Origin: Gammaproteobacteria bacterium
GTDB taxonomy: Bacteria > Pseudomonadota > Gammaproteobacteria > CAJXQU01
Reading direction: 5' to 3'
Length of the DNA stretch: 64,000 bases
Assembly (NCBI GenBank): GCA_965238175.1
Contig: CBDEGZ010000003.1
Span: 1,504,001-1,568,000, forward strand
The stretch's first letter is position 1. Each line of letters starts with the position of its first letter. The position numbers and the translations under genes are program-made. Of this stretch, positions 49,435 to 61,759 are shown piece by piece. The notes under the pieces are model-generated. The model searched no databases. It was not told where the DNA came from and saw nothing but the letters and a program-made list of their open reading frames with translations.

Positions 49435-50433
49435 ATGAAAAAGATCATAACCATACTGGTTTTAGTTGTCGCAGGTGTAATATTGTTTAAGACACTGTTT
49501 CAGACAGAAGAAGCAGAGGCAACTAGTCAGACTGAAGCACCGGTTGAAAAGAAAACACAAGAAATGGACTCCGCAAAAGCTGTGGATCCAATACAAGATG
49601 TTGTAGCAGAGACGACAATATCTGCCGAACAAGTGAAAACTGAAGCTACGCAAACCTCAAGTGTTAATGCTACTAATAAACCAGCACGATTTAAAGTATG
49701 TGCAGATCCTTTTAGTCTACCTAGTTCGAATAAAGCTCAGGAAGGTTATGAGAATAAAATTGCCAAATTATTTGCTGATGATTTAGGAGTGCCTTTGGAA
49801 TTTGAATGGTTTCCACAAAGGATCGGATTTATACGTAACACGTTAAGAAATGATGAAACCGAGGACGGAAATTACAAATGTGACATCGTAATGGGCACCA
49901 TTGAAAATTTTGAAATGGCTGCTACAACTAAACCTTATCTGCATTCTTCGTGGGCAATGGTATATGTCAAAGGACGTGGCCTGGATGAAATTAAATCGCA
50001 AGAAGATTTGATGAATGTTAGTGCTGAATTAAAAGAGAAACTCCGTATAGGACTTTTTGATCGTAGTCCAGCTGCGGATTGGTTACACGCCTATGGATTA
50101 ATGGAAAATGCCAAACCCTATCAAATTATGATGGGCGATGCGCGCGCTTATCCGGGTCAGATTATTGAACAGGATCTTGTTGAAGATAAGATCAATTTAA
50201 CCTTTGTCTGGGGCCCAATTGCAGGCTACTTTTCAAAAACGATAAAAGATCATGAAATTGTCGTTATCCCAATGAAGTCAGAGCCGGGAATTCGTTTTAA
50301 CTATAAGATAGCGATGGCGGTGCGATTTGGTGAAAAAGAATGGAAAGAGCAGATTAACCAATTAATTGATAAAAATCAGCAAGAGATCGATAAAATACTA
50401 ACAGAGTATGGTGTTCCCTTACTAAAATTATAA
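49435..50433 (+). CDS. Quinoprotein dehydrogenase-associated periplasmic binding protein (XoxJ/MxaJ family), N-terminally anchored
   Basis: KVCADPFSLPSSN..EGYENKIA, GFIRNTL, CDIVMG, WGPIAGYF, ILTEYGVPL. Confidence 0.85.
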   Translation: MKKIITILVLVVAGVILFKTLFQTEEAEATSQTEAPVEKKTQEMDSAKAVDPIQDVVAETTISAEQVKTEATQTSSVNATNKPARFKVCADPFSLPSSNKAQEGYENKIAKLFADDLGVPLEFEWFPQRIGFIRNTLRNDETEDGNYKCDIVMGTIENFEMAATTKPYLHSSWAMVYVKGRGLDEIKSQEDLMNVSAELKEKLRIGLFDRSPAADWLHAYGLMENAKPYQIMMGDARAYPGQIIEQDLVEDKINLTFVWGPIAGYFSKTIKDHEIVVIPMKSEPGIRFNYKIAMAVRFGEKEWKEQINQLIDKNQQEIDKILTEYGVPLLKL

Positions 50434-50459
50434 TAACTAAAAATGCACATACATAGTGA

Positions 50460-51272
50460 ATGAAGATGAATATTATGAATATGACTTTTAAAGATCGATT
50501 ATTAAAAAAAGCTTCTGTTTTAGTTTTGCTTTTAAGTACTACAGGGTTCCAAACAAGCTATGCGGAAGAACAGGATGATTTAATAGAGAAGCTTGAGAAA
50601 CAAGGTATTTCTATTGGTGGGTTAAGTGATGATCCCCATGCAAAGCGTGAAGATATAACTCTTTCAGAAGCGGAAGTGCTTCTATGGGAAACAGATCAAT
50701 TATCGAATATAGGTAAAGCTGGAACAGTTCGATATGAATTCGAACGTAAAGGGCAATTGGATGATGGTTTTACAGATTCTGTCGAGTTGAATATTACCAG
50801 CGTTAAAGACGATGGAATGAAGTCGGCGGTTGTTACATTCTTTACGGGTGATCGAAACCAGGATGTTGCACCAAATGACAATACTAATGGTAACCCAGTT
50901 TTAGGTGTCTACCTCCAAGGAGATGTCTATGAAATGAATCGTTTAACTGAAGGAAGCTGGCGATATTTTCATAAACGGATCAAATTTGCTTTAGCAGATG
51001 ATGCGATTATCGAACTGGTTAAGATTTCTGTTGATGGTAAAGAAGTTAATGCAAAAAAGGTGACGTTTAAACCTTACGAGAATGATCCAAAGAGGAAATT
51101 ATTTGAGGAGTATGCTGACAAAGTTTATGAAGTGACTGTTTCAGAAGATATTCCTGGGATGCTGTACAAAATCCGTACAATCATTCCTGCGATATCAAAA
51201 GAGGGCAAAACGGCAGATTCAGCTCCTATGGTTGAAGAAACACTTGTATATGCAGGCGTGGATTTTGAGTAG
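50460..51272 (+). CDS. Exported hypothetical protein
   Basis: Signal peptide ending SYA|EEQ. Motifs GNPVLGVYLQGDVYEM and PYENDP..VSEDIPGMLY resemble proteins I recall from quinoprotein clusters (inference). Confidence 0.7.
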   Translation: MKMNIMNMTFKDRLLKKASVLVLLLSTTGFQTSYAEEQDDLIEKLEKQGISIGGLSDDPHAKREDITLSEAEVLLWETDQLSNIGKAGTVRYEFERKGQLDDGFTDSVELNITSVKDDGMKSAVVTFFTGDRNQDVAPNDNTNGNPVLGVYLQGDVYEMNRLTEGSWRYFHKRIKFALADDAIIELVKISVDGKEVNAKKVTFKPYENDPKRKLFEEYADKVYEVTVSEDIPGMLYKIRTIIPAISKEGKTADSAPMVEETLVYAGVDFE

Positions 51273-51289
51273 GTATATATTTCGAGTAG

Positions 51290-51480
51290 TAAGAGGAGCC
51301 AAGACGAGGCAAAATAGGCACAAAAGCGGACGACTGAATGGACGCAGGAGCTAAAACAACGCAGGAAACTAACACCACGTTTACTGGTGTAAACGAGCAT
51401 TCTAAGCCTATTTTTATCAACAGTAGGTGTTTTTTAGGCAACAAAGTATTGGCAAGCGCAGTAGTGATGCTGAGGTCTCA
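51290..51480. mobile_element. Degenerate MITE-like intergenic repeat
   Basis: GGCAAAATAGGC.AAAAGCGGA, palindrome CGTTTAC-TGGT-GTAAACG, GAGCATT..GCCTATTTT and GTATTGGCAAGCGCAGTAGT resemble a dispersed repeat of marine Gammaproteobacteria (recalled). Confidence 0.4.
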
Positions 51481-51548
51481 AGAGAATAACTTGCTTATAA
51501 AATAATAATGCACTAGATCGTGAGACTAGTTTGAATGTGAAGTTAATC

Positions 51549-52403
51549 TCAGTTTTTTTCTTTCTTCATGGTTGTCAACACACCAGATATACAAATAAGA
51601 CAAGCGCCTAAAAGTGAGATGTGATCAAACGTCTCATTCCATAGTAGCCACCCAAATGTCGCAGCAAAAATCACGTTGGTATAAGCGAAAGCACCAATTT
51701 TTGCAGCAGGCGCAAGGCGGTATGCATAGGTCATCAATAGCTGGGCCTTTGTGGCTATAAACCCTGCTCCCAACATAATAGCCCAAACTTTGAGGTTTGG
51801 CATTTGCCAACACCATATTAGTGGTATTGCCGAAATTATTGTGCTTAGGAAACTAAAATAGAAAACGATCCTTACCGTTGGTTCTGTACTTGAAAGATTA
51901 CGGATACTGACCATAGCAAGCGCGACGAATATGCCGGCCGCGACTCCAACAATGGCGGCGGACGAAAATACGCCAAAGCCTGGTTTAAGGATCAAAATCA
52001 CACCAACGAAACCTATCATTATGGCAATGATAACGAATCTTGGTGCAGGTTCTTTTAACCAAATAAGTGCGATCAGTGCAATAAACAATGGCGAGCTAAA
52101 ATTAAGTAATACAGCTTCACCAAGTTTTAAATGGGCAATCGCATAAAAAAAACAGTACATCGCGGTCAAGCCAGTGAGTGTTCGTACAAGATGTGCACCG
52201 AAACGTTGAGTTTTCAGCGTATCAAGTCCAGCATTATGTATCCATGGCAATAAAAAAAGCAGGCCAAAAGCATTGCGTAAAAAAACCACAACTTCACTCG
52301 AGACAAATTGCGAAGAATATTTCACGCTTGCACCCATAAGTGCAAAAAGAAAGGCGGATAAGGTTGAGCATAAAGCACCGCGTAAAATGTTTGTTTCGGA
52401 CAT
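51549..52403 (-). CDS. DMT/EamA family transporter
   Basis: About 10 TM helices. SPLFIALIALIWLKE, GFVGVILILKPG, FGWLLWNE. Confidence 0.9.
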   Translation of the reverse strand: MSETNILRGALCSTLSAFLFALMGASVKYSSQFVSSEVVVFLRNAFGLLFLLPWIHNAGLDTLKTQRFGAHLVRTLTGLTAMYCFFYAIAHLKLGEAVLLNFSSPLFIALIALIWLKEPAPRFVIIAIMIGFVGVILILKPGFGVFSSAAIVGVAAGIFVALAMVSIRNLSSTEPTVRIVFYFSFLSTIISAIPLIWCWQMPNLKVWAIMLGAGFIATKAQLLMTYAYRLAPAAKIGAFAYTNVIFAATFGWLLWNETFDHISLLGACLICISGVLTTMKKEKN

Positions 52404-52590
52404 ATAAAATCTACTTCAATAAAAATTTTGAATGTAGATTCTACTCGTTATTGTCTGGCAGGTTTGGAACAATAATTTGATTCAACTAAATTAGTTGGAA
52501 TTGCACCTGCCACATAGAGAATTTCATTCTGATTTGATAAGATGCTTTACCCATGATCATTCATCGTGGATTTCTCCCTGGGGCCTTTAA

Positions 52591-54231
<1,641 letters not shown>

Positions 54232-55050
54232 GTGAAACTATGTAATTTTGAGGTTGGTGATGATAACCCTTTCTTTTTGATTGCTGGCCCATGTGTTATT
54301 GAAAGTGAAGCCCTGGCGCTTGATACGGCGGGGCAATTAAAAGAGATCACGGCTAGCTTAGATATTCCTTTCATTTATAAGTCATCCTACGATAAAGCGA
54401 ATCGGACTTCACATACCAGTTTTCGTGGGCCAGGTTTGGAAAAGGGCTTAGCGGTTCTTGAAAAAGTTAAGCAACAAATAGAGGTTCCAGTCTTAACGGA
54501 TGTACATGAAAATTCGCCGTTTGAAGAGATTGCCTCGGTGGTAGATATTATTCAAACTCCAGCTTTTTTGTGTCGACAAACCGATTTTATTCAAAAAGCG
54601 GCAAGTGCAGGTATTCCAGTTAATATAAAAAAAGGCCAGTTTATGGCGCCGGGTGATATGCAACACGTGGTCGAAAAAGCTAAAGCGACGGGAAATGATC
54701 AAATCATGGTTTGTGATCGTGGAACCAGTTTTGGGTACAATTACCTGATCTCAGATATGCGAGCAATGCCTATAATGGCGGAAACGGGTTGTCCGGTCGT
54801 TTTTGACGCAACACATTCCGTACAAATGCCGGGTGGAAAAGGGGCAAGTTCTGGCGGGCAACGCGAGTTTGTGCCGGTGTTAGCACGTTCTGCAACGGCA
54901 GCTGGTATCTCGGGTATATTTATGGAAACACATCCAGATCCGGATAAAGCAATGAGCGATGGACCAAATTCATGGCCGCTAGATAAAATAGAATCATTAT
55001 TAGAAATTTTGAAATCAATTGATGAAATAGTAAAGCGCTCTCCAGTATAG
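54232..55050 (+). CDS. kdsA: KDO 8-phosphate synthase
   Basis: [29 protein letters not shown]. Confidence 0.97.
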   Translation: MKLCNFEVGDDNPFFLIAGPCVIESEALALDTAGQLKEITASLDIPFIYKSSYDKANRTSHTSFRGPGLEKGLAVLEKVKQQIEVPVLTDVHENSPFEEIASVVDIIQTPAFLCRQTDFIQKAASAGIPVNIKKGQFMAPGDMQHVVEKAKATGNDQIMVCDRGTSFGYNYLISDMRAMPIMAETGCPVVFDATHSVQMPGGKGASSGGQREFVPVLARSATAAGISGIFMETHPDPDKAMSDGPNSWPLDKIESLLEILKSIDEIVKRSPV

Positions 55051-55100
55051 TCCAGACATGGGCAATGCGTGAGAGTGATTATTAGAGGAAATATAAGAAC

Positions 55101-56381
55101 ATGTCAGAAATTAAACAAATAATTGGCCGAGAGATTGTTGATTCACGAAGTAACCCAACCGTACAAGTAGATGTGATCACAGCGACGGGTGTGATGGGAA
55201 CTGCTTCAGTACCATCGGGTGCATCAACTGGCGAGCGTGAAGCAATCGAATTACGTGATGGCGATCAAAATCGTTATCTTGGTCAAGGTGTTCTGAAAGC
55301 CGTTGAGAATGTTAATACCACTATCCAACAAGGTTTGAAAGGTAAAGACGTTTCGGATCAAGAAGGCATAGATAATCTGATGCTCGAAATGGACGGCACC
55401 GATACCAAAGCAAATTTAGGTGCAAATGCATTACTAGGTGTTTCTATGGCGGCTGCCCATGCTGCTGCAAATGAAAAGGGCGTGCCCTTATTTCAATACC
55501 TCGGAGGAGATGGGCCATTAACGATGCCTGTCCCGATGATGAACATTATTAACGGCGGTTCGCATGCAGACAATAGTGTGGATTTCCAGGAATATATGAT
55601 CTTGCCCGTCGGTGCTTCCAGTCTTCGCGAGGCCGTTCGCTACGGTGCAGAAGTTTTCCATAATCTGAAAAGTGTATTAAGAAAAAAAGGCCTGAATACA
55701 GCAGTGGGAGATGAAGGTGGTTTTGCACCAGATTTACCATCAAACGAAGCAGCCGTCGAGGTCGTTATTGAAGCAATTGAGCAAGCAGGGTTTAAAGCCG
55801 GTGAAGATATTTTACTTGGGCTAGACGTCGCCAGCTCTGAATTTTATGAAAATGGAAAGTATAATCTGGCTTCTGAAAATAGAAAACTGTCCTCAGAAGA
55901 GTTCGCAGACATGCTGACAGATTGGGTCAGCAAATATCCAATCATCACCATTGAAGATGGAATGGATGAAAATGATTGGGATGGCTGGAAAGTACTGACT
56001 GAAAAAATTGGAAAAAAAGTCCAACTAGTTGGTGATGATCTTTTTGTAACCAATACAAAAATATTTAAGCAAGGGATTGATAAAAACATTGCTAATTCAA
56101 TTTTGATCAAGGTTAATCAGATAGGTACATTGACTGAAACGTTAGCTGCGATTGAAATGGCGAAAAAAGCCAATTATACCGCGGTAGTTTCTCATCGCTC
56201 CGGTGAAACAGAAGATACCACGATTGCAGATCTTGCGGTTGCCACATCGGCAGGTCAAATCAAAACTGGCTCATTATCACGTTCTGATCGTGTTGCAAAA
56301 TATAACCGCTTGATCGTTATTGAGGAATTGTTGGGCGATAAAGCGTCATATCCTGGCAAAGGGACTTTTTATAACCTTTAA
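55101..56381 (+). CDS. eno: Enolase
   Basis: [32 protein letters not shown]. Confidence 0.98.
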   Translation: MSEIKQIIGREIVDSRSNPTVQVDVITATGVMGTASVPSGASTGEREAIELRDGDQNRYLGQGVLKAVENVNTTIQQGLKGKDVSDQEGIDNLMLEMDGTDTKANLGANALLGVSMAAAHAAANEKGVPLFQYLGGDGPLTMPVPMMNIINGGSHADNSVDFQEYMILPVGASSLREAVRYGAEVFHNLKSVLRKKGLNTAVGDEGGFAPDLPSNEAAVEVVIEAIEQAGFKAGEDILLGLDVASSEFYENGKYNLASENRKLSSEEFADMLTDWVSKYPIITIEDGMDENDWDGWKVLTEKIGKKVQLVGDDLFVTNTKIFKQGIDKNIANSILIKVNQIGTLTETLAAIEMAKKANYTAVVSHRSGETEDTTIADLAVATSAGQIKTGSLSRSDRVAKYNRLIVIEELLGDKASYPGKGTFYNL

Positions 56382-56414
56382 TTAGAGGCTCCTTAAGCTT
56401 ACAACAGGATAAAA

Positions 56415-56762
56415 ATGCGTTTTGGATTGATACTGCTTGTTATCTTATTAGTGTGGTTACAATTCGAACTCTGGGTTGGTAAAGGTAGTCGGACAGAAGT
56501 GCGTGAGTTGGAACAGGCGATCGCACTTCAGAAAGAAGAAAACAATCAGTTAAGAGAGCGAAATCAGGCGCTGGCTGCCGAAGTGAAGGATCTTAAATCC
56601 GGTATCGAAGCGATCGAAGAGCTTGCCCGCAGTGAGATGGGTATGATCAAAAAAGATGAGACCTTTTACCAGATTGTTGATCCTGTTGAAGGATCTTCAA
56701 TATATGAATCCTTCAATTCGACAAACGATCCAAAAGACATCTTAGAAGGTAATCCACAATGA
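56415..56762 (+). CDS. ftsB: Cell division protein FtsB
   Basis: LWVGKGS, coiled coil, IEELARSEMGMIK..ETFY. Confidence 0.95.
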   Translation: MRFGLILLVILLVWLQFELWVGKGSRTEVRELEQAIALQKEENNQLRERNQALAAEVKDLKSGIEAIEELARSEMGMIKKDETFYQIVDPVEGSSIYESFNSTNDPKDILEGNPQ

Positions 56763-57466
56763 CTGAAAAATACTGGGCAGTGATCCCTGCTGCTGGTATT
56801 GGTTCCAGAATGAATTCTGAAATACCCAAACAGTATCTTAAAATTGCTGGAAAAACGATCCTCGAACACACACTCAATTGTTTTCTACAACACCCAAAAA
56901 TTTCTGGAATTATTGTTGTCATCTCCATGGAAGATCAAACCTGGAAAGATCTTAATATCATCACAGATAAAACATTAGTCACCGCAGGGGGTGGGGCTGA
57001 AAGATGTGATTCGGTTCTTTCAGGTCTACAAACAGTGGAAAAGCTGACAGATCAAAAAGACTGGATTTTAGTTCACGATGCAGCTCGTCCTTGTTTGAGA
57101 CAAGCAGATATTGATAAGTTAATCATAGAAGTTTCTGATCATAGTGTTGGAGGTTTACTTGCTGCTCCTGTCAGAGATACGATGAAGCGTAGCGTTAATA
57201 AAAACGTTGATCAAACGGTCATGGAGACGGTTGAAAGAACAAATTTGTGGCATGCTTTAACGCCGCAGATGTTCAGATTGTCTGATCTAAAATCTGCCTT
57301 AGTACATGCTCAACAAAAAAAACTTGTTGTTACCGATGAAGCACAGGCGATGGAATTAGTAGGAATGATGCCACTTTTGGTCGAAGGACACATGGATAAT
57401 ATTAAAGTCACTAGACCACAAGATTTAGAACTCGCAACGCATTATTTGGAGAAGAATATAGAATGA
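56759..57466 (+). CDS. ispD: 2-C-methyl-D-erythritol 4-phosphate cytidylyltransferase
   Basis: [25 protein letters not shown]. Confidence 0.96.
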   Translation: MTEKYWAVIPAAGIGSRMNSEIPKQYLKIAGKTILEHTLNCFLQHPKISGIIVVISMEDQTWKDLNIITDKTLVTAGGGAERCDSVLSGLQTVEKLTDQKDWILVHDAARPCLRQADIDKLIIEVSDHSVGGLLAAPVRDTMKRSVNKNVDQTVMETVERTNLWHALTPQMFRLSDLKSALVHAQQKKLVVTDEAQAMELVGMMPLLVEGHMDNIKVTRPQDLELATHYLEKNIE

Positions 57467-57939
57467 GAATAGGACAGGGTTACGATGCGCATAAGTTCAG
57501 TATAGGGACTTTCATTATGTTGGGTGGTGTTCGCATTCCGTTCGAAAAAGGCCTTGCCGCACATTCTGATGGCGACGTTTTGATCCACGCAATTTGTGAT
57601 GCATTATTAGGTGCGGCTGCTTTAGGTGATATTGGAAAACACTTTCCTGATACCAATCCTGATCTAAAAGGCGTTGATAGCCGAATTATTTTGCGTAATG
57701 TTTTAGAATTATTATTAGAAAAAAATTATAAAATAATCAATGTTGATGCGACGGTCGTTGCACAAAAACCAAAAATTTCTTCATTCATTCCAGAGATGAG
57801 AAAAGTATTGGCTTCTGATCTAAATCTGTCTATTGATGAGATCAATATCAAAGGAACAACTACCGAAGGTATGGGTTTTACCGGGAGAGAAGAGGGAATT
57901 TCAACCTATGCGGTATGTCTGATTGATACAAAAATTTGA
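57463..57939 (+). CDS. ispF: MECDP synthase
   Basis: [38 protein letters not shown]. Confidence 0.97.
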   Translation: MRIGQGYDAHKFSIGTFIMLGGVRIPFEKGLAAHSDGDVLIHAICDALLGAAALGDIGKHFPDTNPDLKGVDSRIILRNVLELLLEKNYKIINVDATVVAQKPKISSFIPEMRKVLASDLNLSIDEINIKGTTTEGMGFTGREEGISTYAVCLIDTKI

Positions 57940-57958
57940 TTTTTCACCAATCCAATTT

Positions 57959-58744
57959 CTAAAGTTTTAACCAATTAATTTCCAAAGCAGTTTCTTTTCC
58001 GATAACACACTTTTTTAAACTTTCGGGCATTTTTGATTTTGTTGGTGAAACAGGAATTCGCCCAGCCATGATTTCAGCTTTACTTTGATCGTAAGGGTTT
58101 TTCTTATTTGGTGAGGCAAAGCCAATTGGTAATATCGGTTCACCATTGGCTCCATATTTATCTGATGCGCCTAGTGTGTGTAAAAATTCATGGGCGATGA
58201 CAATATTATTTTGATCTTGCTGTTCTTTCGATGCGAAAGCATTGACGTAACCAAGTAAGCCTTTATTCAAACCATAAGAGTGTGCAAGTTGACGTCCATC
58301 ACTTGCTTGATGGTATAAAACAAAAATGCGTATACGGCGGAGATTAGACTGGTCATCAGGTGTGTTTTTCCAGGCCCAATATCTGAACTTTATACTCCAG
58401 CTTATAACCGATAAAATTCCTGAATCAGGTTTTGGTGCGAGAGGTGGAAGAACGGTAATTTCTTTTCCTAAACGTGTCCTTGTTGGCTTGCTCAGGATCA
58501 AATTATATTTGCCTGACTGTGCAGACATAAACTTATCAATTAAGGCAAAATTTTTATCTTTTAATTTATCAATATACTTATCGACGATCTTATTGTTTTC
58601 AACATTGATAGGATAAATGACTATTTCAAGGGTTTTATACCAGGATGTGGAAGCTCGTTTTTGCTCATAAGTATAAAGCGCGACAATGAGTAATATGAAT
58701 AAAAGAAAGTGTACTCGAAGTGTTTTGAATGTTATTTGAGTCAT
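57959..58744 (-). CDS. Membrane-anchored putative zinc metallopeptidase
   Basis: N-terminal TM, IAHEFLHTLGASDKY (HExxH..G) and Met-turn-like EIMAG. Confidence 0.65.
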   Translation of the reverse strand: MTQITFKTLRVHFLLFILLIVALYTYEQKRASTSWYKTLEIVIYPINVENNKIVDKYIDKLKDKNFALIDKFMSAQSGKYNLILSKPTRTRLGKEITVLPPLAPKPDSGILSVISWSIKFRYWAWKNTPDDQSNLRRIRIFVLYHQASDGRQLAHSYGLNKGLLGYVNAFASKEQQDQNNIVIAHEFLHTLGASDKYGANGEPILPIGFASPNKKNPYDQSKAEIMAGRIPVSPTKSKMPESLKKCVIGKETALEINWLKL

Positions 58745-58845
58745 TTTTGTGTTTTGATTGATTAGTAATGTAGATCAATGTGCAAAACATAAGCCGTTAA
58801 CAAAAAATATTTTTAAGCAAATATTTGAAAATTACTTTTGTTGTC

Positions 58846-60294
58846 TTATTCCTTTTGGGGAATATACTCATCCAAATGATCGCAAGCTTCTTGTAAACCC
58901 ATAGCACAGGCTTGTTCGATCAATAAATAACCATGTTGTTGATCACGTTCAGCACCCCGACCCCGATGGTACATGGAACCTTGTTTTGCACAGGCTAAAG
59001 GATTGCCTTTTTCACACTCAATCGAAATTAAGGTAAAGAGGTTTTTGCAACCGTTGCGTAATTTTTGATCGCATGCTTGTTCCCAAAAATCAGACTGCTT
59101 TCCTGGATGATTAACGCCAACACGACCAGAACCATACCAGCAGATAAATATTATTATCCAGATTGTCATATGAATAAGGTTAAGTTTATAGGGAGTTAGT
59201 TCACTAAATGATTTGAAGATGTTTTTGAAATCGAAATTTTTCGAAAATCGATCTAAAACTATAATCGAAAGATTGAGTAAAGGTACGGATAATAACTTGT
59301 CATAAAATGTTGGTGCACCGAAAGCATCGAGTACTTCAAACAAAATCATCACGCTGAATGCATATAAAACCCCAAATAAAATACGTCCGAAATTTGTTTT
59401 GGGAGAAGTGACAGGATCAGTTACCAGTAAGTGTAATCCCAGAAAAACAGCGATTGGGATATCAGATGTATAAAAGAAATAAACGCCAGTAATTTGAAAG
59501 TAGATCGCGCCTGCGATGAGTAAAGTAATAGCTGTTGCGAGTGTTACTAATGTCACATGAAATAAATATTGTACGATTAATCCTAAGGTGAAAATCAAGA
59601 TGTACATGTGAGGAGGCATAGCCAGGGTATTGGAAATTTCAGGACCCCAACTTATACCAGTACTGCCAGTAAAAATAAGTATTGTCGATGCAACGGCTAG
59701 TGAGATTGCAGAAGGGTTAAATATATGAACTTTGCGATCATTTATTTTCCAAGAAAAAATTTCTTTAGCGAGGACGCCGAAGGCAATCATCAGGAACTGA
59801 TAATAGAACCAATCATCACGAAACCAGAGAAATAAATTGGTACTAAAAATGATTGGGAATCGACCGAAGCCTAAAAGCCAGGCATCGTTACGATACCAAC
59901 GAAATAACAGATCAATAATGTGAACAAAAATGAGTTGCGCGAGAATTAGAATAGCTTGTTCATAAACTTGCGGCCAATACATACCCCAGTAAATAAAAAT
60001 ACATAAATGCATCGTCATTTGTACGTAATGTGCTTTAACCAGAACGAGGCTTACTTCTGCATTTATTGGACGCCGTTTATTGAATAAAAGTAAACTAAAA
60101 TAAGCTAAAAAGAAAAAGCCAGATATGAGTTGGAATGTAAGTAATAAAGTCTCGTTTTGCTGCACACGATCTGTGAAAGACAAACTAAAGAATATAAGGA
60201 TTAGTAAAAAAGGAATTACGATTAATCTCGAACGAATAGTTGACTGTTTTTCAGCCGTAATAGTAGTACTCATAGGATCCAATAGTAGATTCAA
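58846..60294 (-). CDS. RnfD/NqrB-like multi-pass membrane protein with C-terminal Cys-rich Sel1-like repeats
   Basis: HIFNPSA and TDPVTSP motifs, >10 TM helices, tail ACDQK..GC..ECEKGNPLACAKQG.MY..GRG. Alternative ATG start at 60273. Confidence 0.7.
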   Translation of the reverse strand: MNLLLDPMSTTITAEKQSTIRSRLIVIPFLLILIFFSLSFTDRVQQNETLLLTFQLISGFFFLAYFSLLLFNKRRPINAEVSLVLVKAHYVQMTMHLCIFIYWGMYWPQVYEQAILILAQLIFVHIIDLLFRWYRNDAWLLGFGRFPIIFSTNLFLWFRDDWFYYQFLMIAFGVLAKEIFSWKINDRKVHIFNPSAISLAVASTILIFTGSTGISWGPEISNTLAMPPHMYILIFTLGLIVQYLFHVTLVTLATAITLLIAGAIYFQITGVYFFYTSDIPIAVFLGLHLLVTDPVTSPKTNFGRILFGVLYAFSVMILFEVLDAFGAPTFYDKLLSVPLLNLSIIVLDRFSKNFDFKNIFKSFSELTPYKLNLIHMTIWIIIFICWYGSGRVGVNHPGKQSDFWEQACDQKLRNGCKNLFTLISIECEKGNPLACAKQGSMYHRGRGAERDQQHGYLLIEQACAMGLQEACDHLDEYIPQKE

Positions 60295-60432
60295 TAATTT
60301 TTTTATTTTTGTGATTCACTAGCCGCGTTTCATTATCCGTATAAAAAAGAAAAAATGATAGTGGAAAACGAACTTGTTCATGGTTTACTTAAATGAGAGG
60401 ATTACACAAGAACATAAGGAGATAAAAGACAA

Positions 60433-60855
60433 GTGATTAAAGCATTTATTTTAAATAGTCTTCTCGTTGCGATGGCAATTCTGATCCACTACGAAGTCTT
60501 GTTCAAGTTATCAAATCTGATCCCGAGATTTACCATCCGATATCATTTTCGAGTAGTGATTGCTCTTTTCGGTGCTATGTTTGCCCATGTGTTTGAAATC
60601 TGGTTATTTGCTATTGGTTATTACATAGCAATTAATTCTAAAAATTTAGGTAGTTTCTCGGGTAATTTCACAGGTTCGTTTATGGACTGTGGTTATTTCT
60701 CTTTCACTACATATACATCATTGGGTTATGGTGATATTGAACCGCATGGACATATACGTTTTCTAGCGGGACTTGAATCACTTGTAGGTTTAGTCCTTAT
60801 CGGCTGGACAGCATCGTTTATGTATATAGAGATGCAAAAGTTTTGGAATAAGTAA
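60433..60855 (+). CDS. Minimal potassium channel pore protein (ion transport 2 family)
   Basis: YFSFTTYTSLGYGDI selectivity filter. Confidence 0.88.
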   Translation: MIKAFILNSLLVAMAILIHYEVLFKLSNLIPRFTIRYHFRVVIALFGAMFAHVFEIWLFAIGYYIAINSKNLGSFSGNFTGSFMDCGYFSFTTYTSLGYGDIEPHGHIRFLAGLESLVGLVLIGWTASFMYIEMQKFWNK

Positions 60856-60979
60856 AGAATAGCTTCTTTTCTTTTCTAAGTTATATTCACCCGAAAACTC
60901 AAACACTTATTATTGTAAGTATTCTCGTAGGATCAACTTTTTTTGCACTGAGCTGAGAGCGCTTTTTGTTAGAGCACTC

Positions 60980-61678
60980 CTAGTCTGCAACTTTTGGAAG
61001 AAAAGAAATATCGACATAGTATTTTTTGGGGTTATTCCTTTCTATTAAGACTGTTATTTCTTCATTGCTTATGTGAACAGTCGGATCAAACCATATGTTT
61101 TCGCTGTTGAAAACATGCAGTTCTGACGTAGTAGGATTTTTCCATTGAACACATATCTGATATGGGTTTCTATCATTTACTTCAAGTGAGTCATTAATTT
61201 CAACACTTTGAAATTTTGCTCTAACTGGGATTCCATTTCTCTTCAAATATTTAATTTTTTTATCTTTTAGATTTCCAAAGAATATTATTGAAAATCCCAC
61301 AATAAAAAATACAGTACCTAGCCCACCTAAAATTACAGGGCCACTCCATAATGAAAAGAAACCACTGATTTTAGCTTGTTCAGGTGAGGATTTCTGATAC
61401 AAGACTTCAACAATTTCGCCTTTAGAATAGCTTGAAGGATTACTTCCAGATGACGAGATGAATTCAATCAACTTATCATCTTGAGTTTTAAACTCAACAA
61501 CAGGTCTATATATAGTTGAATCACTTGATCTTGAACTAATAAGCTCTACAACTGTTCCATTGGTCGTTAGAGCATTTTTCAGGAAATCTTGTGTATTTGT
61601 ATAGAGGGAAAATGCTCCGAATAATATGCCAAGACCTATCACTGTAAATGCATATTTCATGACTGAAATTGTTCTCAT
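60980..61678 (-). CDS. DUF3592 family membrane protein (integron cassette gene)
   Basis: TM, GTVV..YRPVVEF, G..VEVLY..P..A, TM. Flanked by attC cores. Confidence 0.75.
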   Translation of the reverse strand: MRTISVMKYAFTVIGLGILFGAFSLYTNTQDFLKNALTTNGTVVELISSRSSDSTIYRPVVEFKTQDDKLIEFISSSGSNPSSYSKGEIVEVLYQKSSPEQAKISGFFSLWSGPVILGGLGTVFFIVGFSIIFFGNLKDKKIKYLKRNGIPVRAKFQSVEINDSLEVNDRNPYQICVQWKNPTTSELHVFNSENIWFDPTVHISNEEITVLIERNNPKKYYVDISFLPKVAD

Positions 61679-61694
61679 ATTTTTCCTGTTTTAG

Positions 61695-61759
61695 TTCTAA
61701 CACCGCAAACAGCGGTAAGGAGCACGTAGTGCAATGATCTGCTACTTTACTTGTTATGC
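61695..61759 (-). mobile_element. Integron attC-type recombination site
   Basis: Minus strand GCATAAC-AAGTAAAGTAGCAG...CCGCTGTTTGCGGT-GTTAGAA, 65 bp, imperfect palindrome. The upstream gene's stop codon lies inside it. Confidence 0.7.
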
